Positions 38,412 through 49,118 are shown, counted from the whole stretch's first letter. The stretch: DNA of 63,284 nt, filler included, from Basidiobolus ranarum (GCA_040143965.1; 31 parts of 31 records of this genome joined end to end with filler, not necessarily neighbours in it); one strand, 5' to 3'. Made by a program: numbers and translations. Notes: generated from the letters alone by a model not told the origin.

Positions 38412-38805
38412 ATGGACATATCCTTGATTTTAAACCCCATACCCGCTGTAGCATCCACTGGCCAACAAAGCCAACCTAAGACTACCCGAAAGAGATACTT
38501 ATGTCCTATGAAATTATGCTACAAATCCTTTTCTCGCAAATCCGATCTTTGTCGTCATCAAAGAATTCATACTGGGGAACGTCCCTTTAGATGCAACTGG
38601 CCTTCGTGCGGGAAAACCTTCATACAACGCTCAGCTTTAACTGTACACCTTCGAACACACACCGGTGAAAGACCACATGTATGCGACTTCAAGTCCTGTA
38701 GGCGCTCTTTCAGCGATTCCTCTTCACTAGCTCGACACAAGCGAAGCCATACAGGAAAGAAGCCTCACGTTTGCGATTTTCCTAACTGTTTGAAGAAGTT
38801 TACCC
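38412..38805 (+). CDS. C2H2 zinc-finger transcription factor, 3'-truncated
   Basis: Three complete fingers and a fourth partial one, with TGERP/TGKKP linkers. Probable intron donor GTAA at 38806. Confidence 0.92.
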
Positions 38806-38909
38806 GTAANNNNNNNNNNNNNNNNNNNNNNNNNNNNNNNNNNNNNNNNNNNNTTAATTAATTAANNNNNNNNNNNNNNNNNNNNNNNNNNNNNNNNNNN
38901 NNNNNNNNN

Positions 38910-40628
38910 GTAATCAACAGAGGTGTAAAGAGAAAAGCAAGACAATTTATTGAATCAGAAGATATTCCCAAAGGCAAATTGGAGCAGTCTAGACCATTGC
39001 AGAGACGTACTAGATCACTCTAAATCAAAGAGACTCCTGACAAGGTATCTATTTTACAAGAAGAATCTACACAACTCACCACTAGAATTGAGGTAACACC
39101 TCCAACAAGGGCAAGAGCCCAATGAGTTGGTTCATCAGCTAATAGTACACATCAACAGCAATGCCAGCTTGGAAGAGTCCATGCTGCTTCTCCCATTTTT
39201 GATGAAGAGCAAGCAGTTGATGAAGAACCAGAAAGAGGATGGCCCAATTCACCTGATTCAACCAAACCAACCAGTGAGCTTTTTACATCTGGTGAAGAGT
39301 CAGCTCCAAGGAGCATGCCACCAGAAAGACATACTAGTATAATGCATACTACCATGTGACATCAACAAAGGCCAACCACAAGAATTATTGAACCTTCCAC
39401 TTTGTTGGATGAAGATCTGACACCTGAGAGCAATTTACTAAGACAGCAATCTGTTACAACATGCACCGCCACAAGACCAAGACAACAGGTGTTTGAGAGA
39501 GATAGTGAAGCTCTTACTGAGCTTGAAGAAGCCATAACAGTCAAACACAAACCTCAAGGTAGATAATATGCTCCAATGCATTCTGCCAGGCAACAGAGGT
39601 CACAATGGCCAGTCAAAAGAGAGGAGGCTTCAACCGTGGTTGAAGAGGCAAGAACTGCCAAGTGCAAACCTCAAGGTATACAACCTGCTCCAACATGTAC
39701 TAGAATGCAACCATCGCAATGGCCAGTTGAAAGGGATGAAGCTTTTACCATGGTTGAAGAAGCAATAACTGTGGAGCACAAACCTCAAGGTAGATGACTT
39801 GCTCCAACACTTTCTGCCATGCAAGAGAGATCATGGCAGCCAGTCAAAAGAGATGAAGCTTCTACCATGGTTGAAGAAGCAATATTTGTCAAGCATGAAC
39901 CTCAGGTGAGATATTTCCAGTTGACATGTAGAGCTGCATGCCAGCAGCAATGACTGCTTGACCCATTGGGTGAAGGCTCCACATCTGAAAAAGAGATTGT
40001 GAATATAAACAAACCACAAACTAGACCATAAAGCCAACAAATACCACAGTGCATCAACCTCAAGCCACAATTCATGCTAGCCAAGGTAGAGGAACTTCAG
40101 CAGGATCAAACCAACCAACTCAGTGCAGAGATTCAAGCAAAGTTCTTTCCATGAAATATCAAGGAGACAACAAAAGTAACAGAAACAAAGCAGCATGTAC
40201 TGCTTCAAACCTAGGCAACTACTGAATACTCTTGTTAATACATACATTATCCTATCTTTACTGTTTAGTGCATGATGCAAAATCAATATGGATTGCAGTT
40301 AAATATTGCACGAATTGCTTTAGTTAGATCACAATTGCTTATGTATTATGAAACACTGATAGTGTGAAATTGTCATATATTAAAAAAATCAATGATAGGC
40401 TTTTAATACAAGCATTTTCACTACAATCAAATGAAAAATGTCTGTCAATAAAAAGCTTGCACAGCCGTATAGGCTTAATATGCCTCAATCTGTTCACAGT
40501 TTCATCCAATTAGAAGCTTCCATGATTGAGTGAGTAATTTGCCGATCTAAAAATGAGATTGCACCAAATGGTGTACTAGCAGGCTGGAGCAAGTGGCACA
40601 ATTGGACCTGGTCCAATGGAACAAGTCT
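38910..40628 (+). mobile_element. RGACTTGTTC-family element: decayed long ORF running to the terminus TGGAACAAGTCT
   Basis: 38910-39210 aligns with 62983-63284; the end is shared with 31849 and 61939. Confidence 0.65.
39497..39906 (+). repeat. Coding-type tandem repeat, about 4 units of 114-117 bp
   Basis: The anchor (A/G)AACCTCA occurs at 39549, 39666, 39780 and 39897; the unit reads roughly EASTxVEEAITVKHKPQGR..APT..QWPVKR. Confidence 0.85.
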
Positions 40629-40853
40629 AATAGTAGAAGAGTTCTTTTTGCAGGGGATCAGTATGCTGAGATCAGAATCATGACAGCATTCCCTTCTTTA
40701 GTGATGGCTTCCAGACATCTTAGGGCCATGTTTTTCTGGATAGGCTTCATGAAGCTCCTGGTAAAGTTCCTTGGAATTGGAAAGATTTGTTGCTGGCTCC
40801 CATGATTGACCATTTGTTGAGTATCCCTTCCAGTCCACTAAATATTGCAATTT
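40629..40853 (-). mobile_element. Chromovirus chromodomain, PPT and LTR start (40685)
   Basis: [32 protein letters not shown]. Confidence 0.9.
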
Positions 40854-40955
40854 NNNNNNNNNNNNNNNNNNNNNNNNNNNNNNNNNNNNNNNNNNNNTTA
40901 ATTAATTAANNNNNNNNNNNNNNNNNNNNNNNNNNNNNNNNNNNNNNNNNNNNAT

Positions 40956-41681
40956 AACCTTGAAAGGTATCAATATCCTATCAATCGCCTTCGAAATCTT
41001 GGGATCAAGGCTACTCATACTACATATATATATGTAATGGATGCGGATTTTGTACCAAGTCCGAATCTTTATCAATATGCTCACGAAAATCTTGTGAATA
41101 TGATATCAAGTTCTACTCAACCAGTCGCATTTGTCATCCCCTGTGTAGCCATTCAAGAGGACTACTCTGGGCAGTTTCCCGTAACAGTTGCAGACCTACG
41201 TAGTCTTTTCAAGAGTGGAGATGCATATATCACAGATCCTCGAGCTGGTCATGGACCCACGCAGTATGGGATCTTATTGTCACCCAGTATCTTTCGATCG
41301 AATCCATATTATGAAGTGTGCTTTGAATCTCAATGGGAGCCCTATTACATTGTATCTAAAAGGCATCCGCATCCACTCTATGACGAGCGGTTCAAAAACC
41401 AAGGTGGGGATAAGCAACAACATGCGTTACATTTGAACGCTCTAGGGTATCGCTTTTTAGTGTTGAAAGATCATTTCATGTATCATTTGGACCATGCCAA
41501 GTTTTCCTGGCCAGGGGGAGGTTTTCGCAGTGGAGACAACACCGCTACATATAGTTTCTTTACAGAATATCTTCCTGAGATGAGCCAACGATTTGGCTCC
41601 AGTGTTAAATGGCCTCGTGGCTGCCGAAACCCATTTGTTTTAGAACAAAAACGAAGTATTTTTGGTGCAGCACTTCATTGA
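40956..41681 (+). CDS. GT49-family (LARGE/B4GAT1-like) glycosyltransferase, 5'-truncated
   Basis: Open from the contig start: YPINRLRNLG..YVMDADFVPS..AFVIP..WEPYYIV..PLYDERF..GYRFLVL..FMYHLDH. Confidence 0.88.
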   Translation, partial: NLERYQYPINRLRNLGIKATHTTYIYVMDADFVPSPNLYQYAHENLVNMISSSTQPVAFVIPCVAIQEDYSGQFPVTVADLRSLFKSGDAYITDPRAGHGPTQYGILLSPSIFRSNPYYEVCFESQWEPYYIVSKRHPHPLYDERFKNQGGDKQQHALHLNALGYRFLVLKDHFMYHLDHAKFSWPGGGFRSGDNTATYSFFTEYLPEMSQRFGSSVKWPRGCRNPFVLEQKRSIFGAALH

Positions 41682-42682
41682 TAACGAAAACAAAAAGAAT
41701 TCACTTGTGTAAAATATAATTATAGTCATCTGAATATCAAATATTTAACGTTCCTATATGACATTTCGTTTTAGATATATGATGGAGCTCATTATTTTCT
41801 GTGTTGAACCCGAGCTCATGTTCTATTTCAGCTGAACGCCTTAATATAAATTAATAAATCACACTATATTTGGATTTGTAATTATACTGGACAACTGTTG
41901 ACTCATGGTGCTTGGGGCCAACATAGGATAATTAGTAAATCATGGAGAGGGGTGTCATGCTTTCTCTGGCCAGATTCAACGGAACATCAAATTCAAGATA
42001 TCATAAGTGTGTAGAATGGATTAATTTAAACGGTTATTTTTGGCCGAATTCATCTTCTCATTTGATAGCGGCCATCTTTACATCTCCATTCTATTCAATA
42101 TGCCGATTCAACCATGGTGCTTTAGAACCCTTATCTCAAACCATACGAAGTACTTCCTGTTAAATATATGGATTAAATGTATACACATTAAATACTGCAT
42201 ATGATTTGAGATAGGTTGATTTTATTTAGCTAGATTCCGGAATCAGACGTCCACCTTTTGGATACTTACATATACTTGGGACAAAAAGTGTGTTATTGTG
42301 CTTTAGTCGATGCTCTATTCAATTTTCTTGCACCTTATTTATATCGTTTATCCCTGTCGTTCTACAGCTATCCAACTAAAAACAGACCCATAAGAATGAT
42401 TAGAGAAGCATCAACTTCAAAAATTCCCCTTTGAATAATACCTGAGCTACAAGGATATAAGCAGAATCAAGCACAATGAAGAACAAAATAAACACAGTCT
42501 GGCTGTTCAAGGAAGAAAAAATCAAGCAAAATGTAGTTACATAAGTTCAAAAGTAACAACAGGGAGTGCGAAAGACGATGATCTATGAGCTTTTATCTGG
42601 TAGTGAGATGGAAGGAACGAGGAAGGTACCGAGGTTTGGGCGATACAGCTTGAGAGTCTCATCGGCTATTATGTCGGATCAT

Positions 42683-42896
42683 TCCAGGAGGAGGAAAGTT
42701 AAATCCGAATCTAGAAACAGGGTTCGTGTTGGCTCTCTATCAAGAGTTGCCACTAAAGTTAGAACCTGAAATAAATCAGAAGTATAAAAAACTCGGTATA
42801 TTCATCGGTTACCTGAGGAATGTGCATTAAAGAGCGGCCATACACCATTGGAGGGCGAAAGAACCCAGGGGCCATTCTGAAATCATTCTCTATAAA
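42683..42896 (-). CDS. Possible spliced 3' fragment of an unknown host gene
   Basis: CAG|GTAACC...TTTCAG intron of about 47 nt at about 42766-42812; one reading gives ENDFRMAPGFFRPPMVYGRSLMHIPQ/VLTLV.. No family recognised. Confidence 0.3.
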
Positions 42897-42996
42897 NNNN
42901 NNNNNNNNNNNNNNNNNNNNNNNNNNNNNNNNNNNNNNNNTTAATTAATTAANNNNNNNNNNNNNNNNNNNNNNNNNNNNNNNNNNNNNNNNNNNN

Positions 42997-44597
42997 GGTT
43001 TTGCACATGCTGGCTGACTACTCCCACTGCAAAAGAGATATCAGGCTGGGTTCCAGTCATAACATGGATCAAACTACCTACCAAAGATTGATAAGAGAGC
43101 TTGGGCCGTTCAAGTGACATATTTTTAGCCATACTTGGCCAATTTGCATCATTTTTGATGGAATTGTTGACTAGTTTCACACCAGGATACACGGGAGTTG
43201 TGACTGGCTTACAACTCTCCATCCTGTAATGTCTGAGAACTTCTGAGAGGTATTTAGATTGATTCAGAGTAATAGATTTGCTCAAAATATCTGTATGGAT
43301 CTGCAGGCCCAAAAAATACATGAGTTCACCTATATTGGTCATTTTGAATTGGCCTGATAGATCTCTTTTGGTGTTCCTGAGAGCTTCATCATTATTGGTA
43401 GCTATAATCAGATCATCTACATGAAAGGCAGTATCACCTTATTGTCCTTATTGGTCTTAAAGTAGATCCTAAAATTTGCTGTACTTTTTTGTAAATAAAG
43501 CAATTTGAAGTATATGTATACTTAGTGAATCCAGCCCTGGGTGATTACTTAAGTCCAGAAAGTAATTTTTGTAGCTTACACACATCCTCAGGGTGCATAG
43601 GATCCACAAAACCATCTTGTTGATCCATGAATATATCCTCTTCCAAGTCCCAATTCAAAAAAAGCAGTTTTGACATCTATTTGATGGAATTTTAAGCTTT
43701 GTTTTGCTGCTACTACTAGTATGGTTCTGATGGATTAAATTTTGCTCCAGGAGCAAATATTTCATTGTAGTCACCTCCTTCCACTTGAGTGTATCCTTTA
43801 GCCACAAGTCTGGCTTTATATCTTTCTACAGATCCATCAGCTTGCTGTTTAACTTTAAACATCAATACACATCCAATTGATTTTTGTTCATTTGGTAATT
43901 TATCCAAAGTCCAAGTTTGGTGATCTATGAGTAACTGTTACTCCTCTACCATTGTAGGACTCCAAAAATTTTTGTTGACTCTCCATAGCCTCCTGTACTG
44001 ATTTGGGTTCATCAGAAAAGGCTAAATTAGCACTTGGCTCCTTTTAGTGAGTGTGGGAGTAGTAATCAGGCAGAGATCTCTTCTGATTGGATCTCCTAAG
44101 ATGGGAAATTGACACTACAACTACTGGTAAGAATTTAGGCAATGAAACCACCTCAGGCTTGGTTGAGAAGACTGCAGGTGAGGAATTTTCATTATTTTCC
44201 TTACTGATCAGGATAAAAAAGACATTTCTAGCTTTTTCAGTCTAATTTTGATCTCTTCTGGTCTGGAATCATTGCATATGCAGTACTTCCAAAAACTCTG
44301 AGATTAGCCACATCAGGTTTACTTCCAAACAAAGCTTGATAAGGTGTCATAGCCAATAGAGACCTAGAAGGACATCTATTCCAAATATATACTGCAGTTG
44401 TAACCAATTTAGCTCAGAACTGTTTTGTTAAATCTTGATCATGGAGTATTGATCTTGCATTTTCCATTATTGAACTGTTTTCACATTGTGCTACTCCATT
44501 CTGCTGTGGGGAATATGGTACTGTAGTCCACTCTTATATTGAATATGTTGAGCAGAAGTTAGAGAAGAGTTTTGAGGTATATTCCCCTCCATTATCA
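42997..44597 (-). mobile_element. Copia integrase-RT, decayed
   Basis: [48 protein letters not shown]. Confidence 0.92.
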
Positions 44598-44938
44598 CCC
44601 TAACAGAAATTTGAGGATTGTTATTGTAGGAAAACCATCACAACTTTAATCCATTTGGGATTGACTGTTAACTTATCATCATAAAATCATCAAGTTTGAT
44701 TTGATTTTAATCAATTTTTGCAGTTCCAGGAGTGAAATTTCAAGATCTTGCAAAATAGTTGCACATGATTGGCTACAACCTCAGAGAACTATGGATCAAC
44801 ACACATGCAAAAAATATAAATCCAATTTTACACAATTACAACTTGAACACTAATTTGTCACCTTCAAATCCCTAGTCTCTTTGATACATTCTTCTGAATA
44901 TTTTTATAGAGTTCATCTTACCCAAGGTTTACCTCATA
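44598..44938 (-). mobile_element. CACTA-like A-end and ORF2 3' end
   Basis: CCCTAACAGAAATTTGAGG. Confidence 0.88.
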
Positions 44939-45038
44939 NNNNNNNNNNNNNNNNNNNNNNNNNNNNNNNNNNNNNNNNNNNNTTAATTAATTAANNNNNN
45001 NNNNNNNNNNNNNNNNNNNNNNNNNNNNNNNNNNNNNN

Positions 45039-45923
45039 CGGTCAAAAGTGAGTCTATTCTCGAATCAGAAGGTTTACCTTACTTTTCATTTAGATGAGGT
45101 GAAGAGCCAGAGTAAATACAGCTGGGCATCTTCCTTGCATTTTGTGAATCCTAAAGACAGCCCACCAGGTTAGAACTTGTTCAATAACATATAACACTAG
45201 ATCATTCACCCAATTTACCTTACCTTTTTCATCGTTTTAGAGGAGTGTAGTTGGGATGAGGAGCGCGACTGCCCTGGCGGAAAATGTATCGTTGGAGCTA
45301 TTCGTAACTTTACGCAACAAGTCGGGTGCTATGCACGTGATGGAAACACCGAGCAGAAATCTGATGCACTCAAGTTTTTGGTTCACTTCTTCGGAGATAT
45401 AACTCAACCACTCCATGATTGTGGACGCTTAAAGGGTGGCAACGATGCCAAAGCGAAGTTTGATGGAAAATCTAGCAACCTCCACTGTAAGTTGGCACTT
45501 TTATGTATGGATGAATGCTTTATATGAATCTTTTTAATGATGGTTTCTTCATTTTCCATAGCCATTTGGGATACTTCTATGATTACCAAACGTATGGGTA
45601 TCGCTCACAAGAACGATTCCAACACTTATGCCGACTACCTTGTTAAGGAACTTAATACTGGAAAATGGAGTCAGTTGAAGACTTCTTGGTTGGGTTGTGC
45701 TGCTGATGAACCATTTGCCAAGTGGAGTATTTGCCCCGGGAACTGGGCTTTAGAAGGTGATGCTTATAACTGTGAGACCATGTGGGCCGATTACGACGCT
45801 AACCCTTCAGCTGATTTGAGCAAAGCATATTACGAGAAGCATTTGCCTTTGGTTGAAGTTCAGCTCGCCAAAGCTGGGTACCGTTTGGCACAGTCTTTGG
45901 ACAAGATCTTTGCCAGCTGTTAA
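45039..45923 (+). CDS. S1/P1 nuclease, 5'-truncated (exons ..45040, 45094-45168, 45241-45486, 45562-45923)
   Basis: Spliced product: DEVKS..WASSLHFVNPKDSPP..RDCPGGKCIVGAIRNFT..ALKFLVHFFGDITQPLH..GGND..NLHSIWDT..QLAKAGYRLA. GT-AG introns keep the frame. Confidence 0.93.
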
Positions 45924-47127
45924 TTATTTTGATATACTCTTGTCTCAGTAAGACCTATCTATACAGGTCAATAACATATTCATTGGATTTCATTAGAAGC
46001 TTAGTAAGCTGATTCACTTTCAATTGATTAATTGCTGAATGAGTCTGTTAATAAAGCAGACACTTGTTAGTGACTTAGATATGTCAAACTTGATATTTTT
46101 CATTTGGCACCATGTATCTCCTAATACTGGCCAAAGCAGGGCTTTGTGTATGGAAGCTAATCTAACATGCTTCACTTATTTTTGGCGGCTCTTTTTCTGT
46201 GAATTCATTCATTATTTTAGGCTGAGCATCATGAATACGAAGTATTTGACCCATGCGTTAGTGTGAGTTATAAATTGACTGAACATTTTCTTTCTGTACA
46301 AGTCGGGCCATGATTTGGGTGTTGATCCATTTGTATATTCTTGGTGCATTTGGAACATGCAAAAGAAATCTGATCTGATATCATGCTAGATTTTGACCAT
46401 GACTAATCAGCAGGCTTCATTGCACCAATGGAAGAGCCCTTCAAACCTCGTCCAATCACAGAAACGTGAGCAATGTCAATCTAAAACACTACTTCCAGAT
46501 ACATGTTGAATAACCTGGATGATGCAGCATGCATTGCTTGTAACTGAAATCTTAAAACTCCGCGTCATAGGGTTGAAACTATTCAAAATGGTTTTTTTGA
46601 CAGGTAACATGGATGATCGTACCATAGCAACCTTAATAGCAGATCACATGTCTATTGAGGTAACTACTATAGCGTTCGCAATATCAGTTAGAAGTTTTAT
46701 TATTCTCAGGACCCAGAAAGCAAGAATCCGTTGGCAAAACCCGTTTTATGAAACCAACTCTCGGGCATGAAATATCGGTCAACATTGCTCTCAAACTCTT
46801 CAACAATGATGCTTTACAATAGGGAATATTACCAACACAGTGCGCATTAAACATTTTTTATAACGTCATGTAGATCAGAGAAGTAATGGCTATTTGATAT
46901 GCCAAAGTGGGTCATTTCTGTGCAATTACTTAATCTTTAGGTAATATTTTATTAAATGTGTGGATATGATTTTGTATGTNNNNNNNNNNNNNNNNNNNNN
47001 NNNNNNNNNNNNNNNNNNNNNNNTTAATTAATTAANNNNNNNNNNNNNNNNNNNNNNNNNNNNNNNNNNNNNNNNNNNNTTGACAGACTAGGTTAAGGTT
47101 CCCTAGCAATATAGGCATAGCATACAA

Positions 47128-47200
47128 GGACTGGTAGCTCAGTGGTTAGAGCACCTTGCTAGAGTGAAGGAGGTCCCAGGTTCAAATCCTGGCCAGACCA
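47128..47200 (+). ncRNA. tRNA-like sequence in the TRIM 5' LTR
   Basis: 73-nt cloverleaf-like fold: D arm GCTC/GAGC, T arm CCAGG-TTCAAAT-CCTGG, acceptor 6 of 7 paired. Confidence 0.85.
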
Positions 47201-47460
47201 ATATTTCTCCCTAAATAATTTCAATAGGTTATGAGCCCCAGTTAGTGCTAAATCCAGAAATCCTGCTTGAGGGGGAATGTTGAAAGTCTGGTGACTTGTG
47301 GTACAAGCAGTAATTCCCAAAGAGGAAAATGTGGAGCATGGTAACTGCATCTGAACACAAAGTCTAAGGCCAATCAGTTGCTTGTATAGCTGAAATGCCA
47401 AAGTACCATACATTTACAGACTAGGTTAAGGTTCCCTAGAAATATAGGCATAGCATACAA

Positions 47461-47535
47461 GGACCAATAGCTCAGTGGTTAGGGCACCATGCTAGAGAGT
47501 GAAGGAGGTCCCAGGTTCAAATCCTGGCCAGACCA
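47461..47535 (+). ncRNA. tRNA-like sequence in the TRIM 3' LTR (more decayed, 2-nt insertion)
   Basis: Direct repeat of 47128-47200; A and B boxes retained. Confidence 0.8.
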
Positions 47536-47561
47536 ATACTTCTCCCTAAATAATTTCAATA

Positions 47562-48545
47562 TTGGAAGGGGTACAATTCAAGTCAATTTAACTGGAGCTT
47601 CTGAAGAGAAAGTATATACTCTTAAGGATGTACTACATGTTCCAGATATTGCCAAGAACCTAATATCTGTATGCAAGGCCACCTCAGAAGGGTTAAGATT
47701 CAATTTTGATAAGTCAGGATACACCATCACTGATCAAAATGGGAAATATTCAGCTTTGGAAGAAAAGGATCAGAACATATACAAACTTACATATGGTCCA
47801 AGAGGTTTATATGTAAATATAAGTTATTCCAATCAAGAAACTATTCAATTATGGCATAAGAGATATGGCCATATTGGATTTGTTTATTTGAGTGAAATGA
47901 TCAAAAATTGCCTAATTTCTGGAATTCAAATTTACCCCCCAACCAAAATGGAAATTTATGAGGGTTGTATATATGGAAAACAAGCCAGGCAACTGTTCAA
48001 GAGCTCTGGTTCAATCAAATCTGTCAAAAAAGTGGATCTAATTCATTCAGATTTGTGTGGATCTATGCAAGATATATGTTTAGGTGAAAAAAGATATTTG
48101 ATCACATTTATTGATGATTATACAAGATACACTTGGGTCTACTTTATGGACAGAAAAGAAGAAGCCCTCCCTATCTTTAGAGATTTTAAAACACTTGTGA
48201 AGACTGAAACTGGAACTAAAGCCAAGAAAATATTTACCAATAATGGTGGAGAATATACTTCAACACTATTTAAGCACTTTTGCAAAGTTCATAGAATTAA
48301 GCAAGAAACTACTGCCCCCTATTCACCTCAACAGAATAGAGTTGCGGAAGGAGCTAACAGAACAATAACACAAATGGCAAGATCTACAATAAATGCACAA
48401 AGTTTATCTCATAATTTTTGGGTAAAATCTGTTGCTACAGCTGTATATCTGAAGAATAGGAGTTTTGCTAGAAGTCTGTATAACTCTACAACATATCAAG
48501 CTTGGTTTGGAGTTAAACCTGATGTAAAACATTTGGGGATCTTTG
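47562..48545 (+). mobile_element. Copia family A protease end, GAG-pre-integrase and integrase
   Basis: LKDVLHVPDIAKNLISV..LWHKRYGH..IHSDLCG..FIDDYTR..TNNGGEY (catalytic D replaced by N)..PQQNRVAE. Confidence 0.95.
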
Positions 48546-49018
48546 CCCTAACAGAAATTTGAGGATTGTTATTGTAGGAAAACCGTCACAATTTTAATCC
48601 ATTTGGGATTGACCATTTACTTACCATCATAAAATTGTCAAGTTAGATTTGATTTTAATCAATTTTATCAGTTTCAGGAGTGAAATTTCAAGATCTTGCA
48701 AAATAGTTGCACATGATTGGCTAAAATCTCAGAGAACTATGGATCAGCACATGTGCAAAAAACATAACTCAAATTTTACATAATTACCACTTGAACACTA
48801 ATTTGTCACATTTGAAATCCCTAGTCTCTTTGATATATTCTCCTGAATATTTTTATGGAGTTCTTCATACCCAAGGTTTAGCTCATATGAATGTCAAGCT
48901 GAATGTTCTTCTTCTGAAGCCACTTTCTGCATACTTGCACTGCGTTTTTCCCTTCATACTTTTGAAAATACTCCTCAAGCACTTTGACTATTTTTGTACA
49001 TCCTTGTAGTGTGACACT
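48546..49018 (-). mobile_element. CACTA-like A-end and internally deleted ORF2
   Basis: CCCTAACAGAAATTTGAGG. Confidence 0.88.
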
Positions 49019-49118
49019 NNNNNNNNNNNNNNNNNNNNNNNNNNNNNNNNNNNNNNNNNNNNTTAATTAATTAANNNNNNNNNNNNNNNNNNNNNNNNNN
49101 NNNNNNNNNNNNNNNNNN

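Larger units (their letters stand above)
47080..47561 (+). mobile_element. Non-autonomous miniature LTR retrotransposon (TRIM) with tRNA-like sequence in its LTRs
   Basis: 5' LTR (truncated) ends at 47226; PBS GGTTATGAGCCC 47227-47238; PPT GAGGGGGAA 47269-47277; 3' LTR 47278-47561 TGTTGAAA...TTTCAATA. Internal region 51 bp. Confidence 0.92.

Noticed and set aside
42587-42690. In-frame TGA followed by about 30 open codons on the minus strand as selenocysteine or read-through
   Set aside because: There is no redox motif or recognisable SECIS, and the gene model itself is uncertain.
37172-45923. NAA38, C2H2 factor, GT49 and S1/P1 nuclease as a gene cluster
   Set aside because: They are on three unlinked contigs; only NAA38 and the C2H2 gene are truly adjacent.
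47128-47535. Two tandem genuine tRNA-Ser(AGA) genes
   Set aside because: There is no long variable arm, the stems have mismatches and there is no oligo-T terminator. The copies lie inside TG..CA-type direct repeats with a PBS and PPT.
47489-48562. 357-aa ORF as a functional tRNA-LTR/integrase fusion gene
   Set aside because: The ATG is private to this LTR copy, the integrase second Asp is Asn, and the C-terminus is cut by a CACTA-like insertion. It is a chance in-frame junction.
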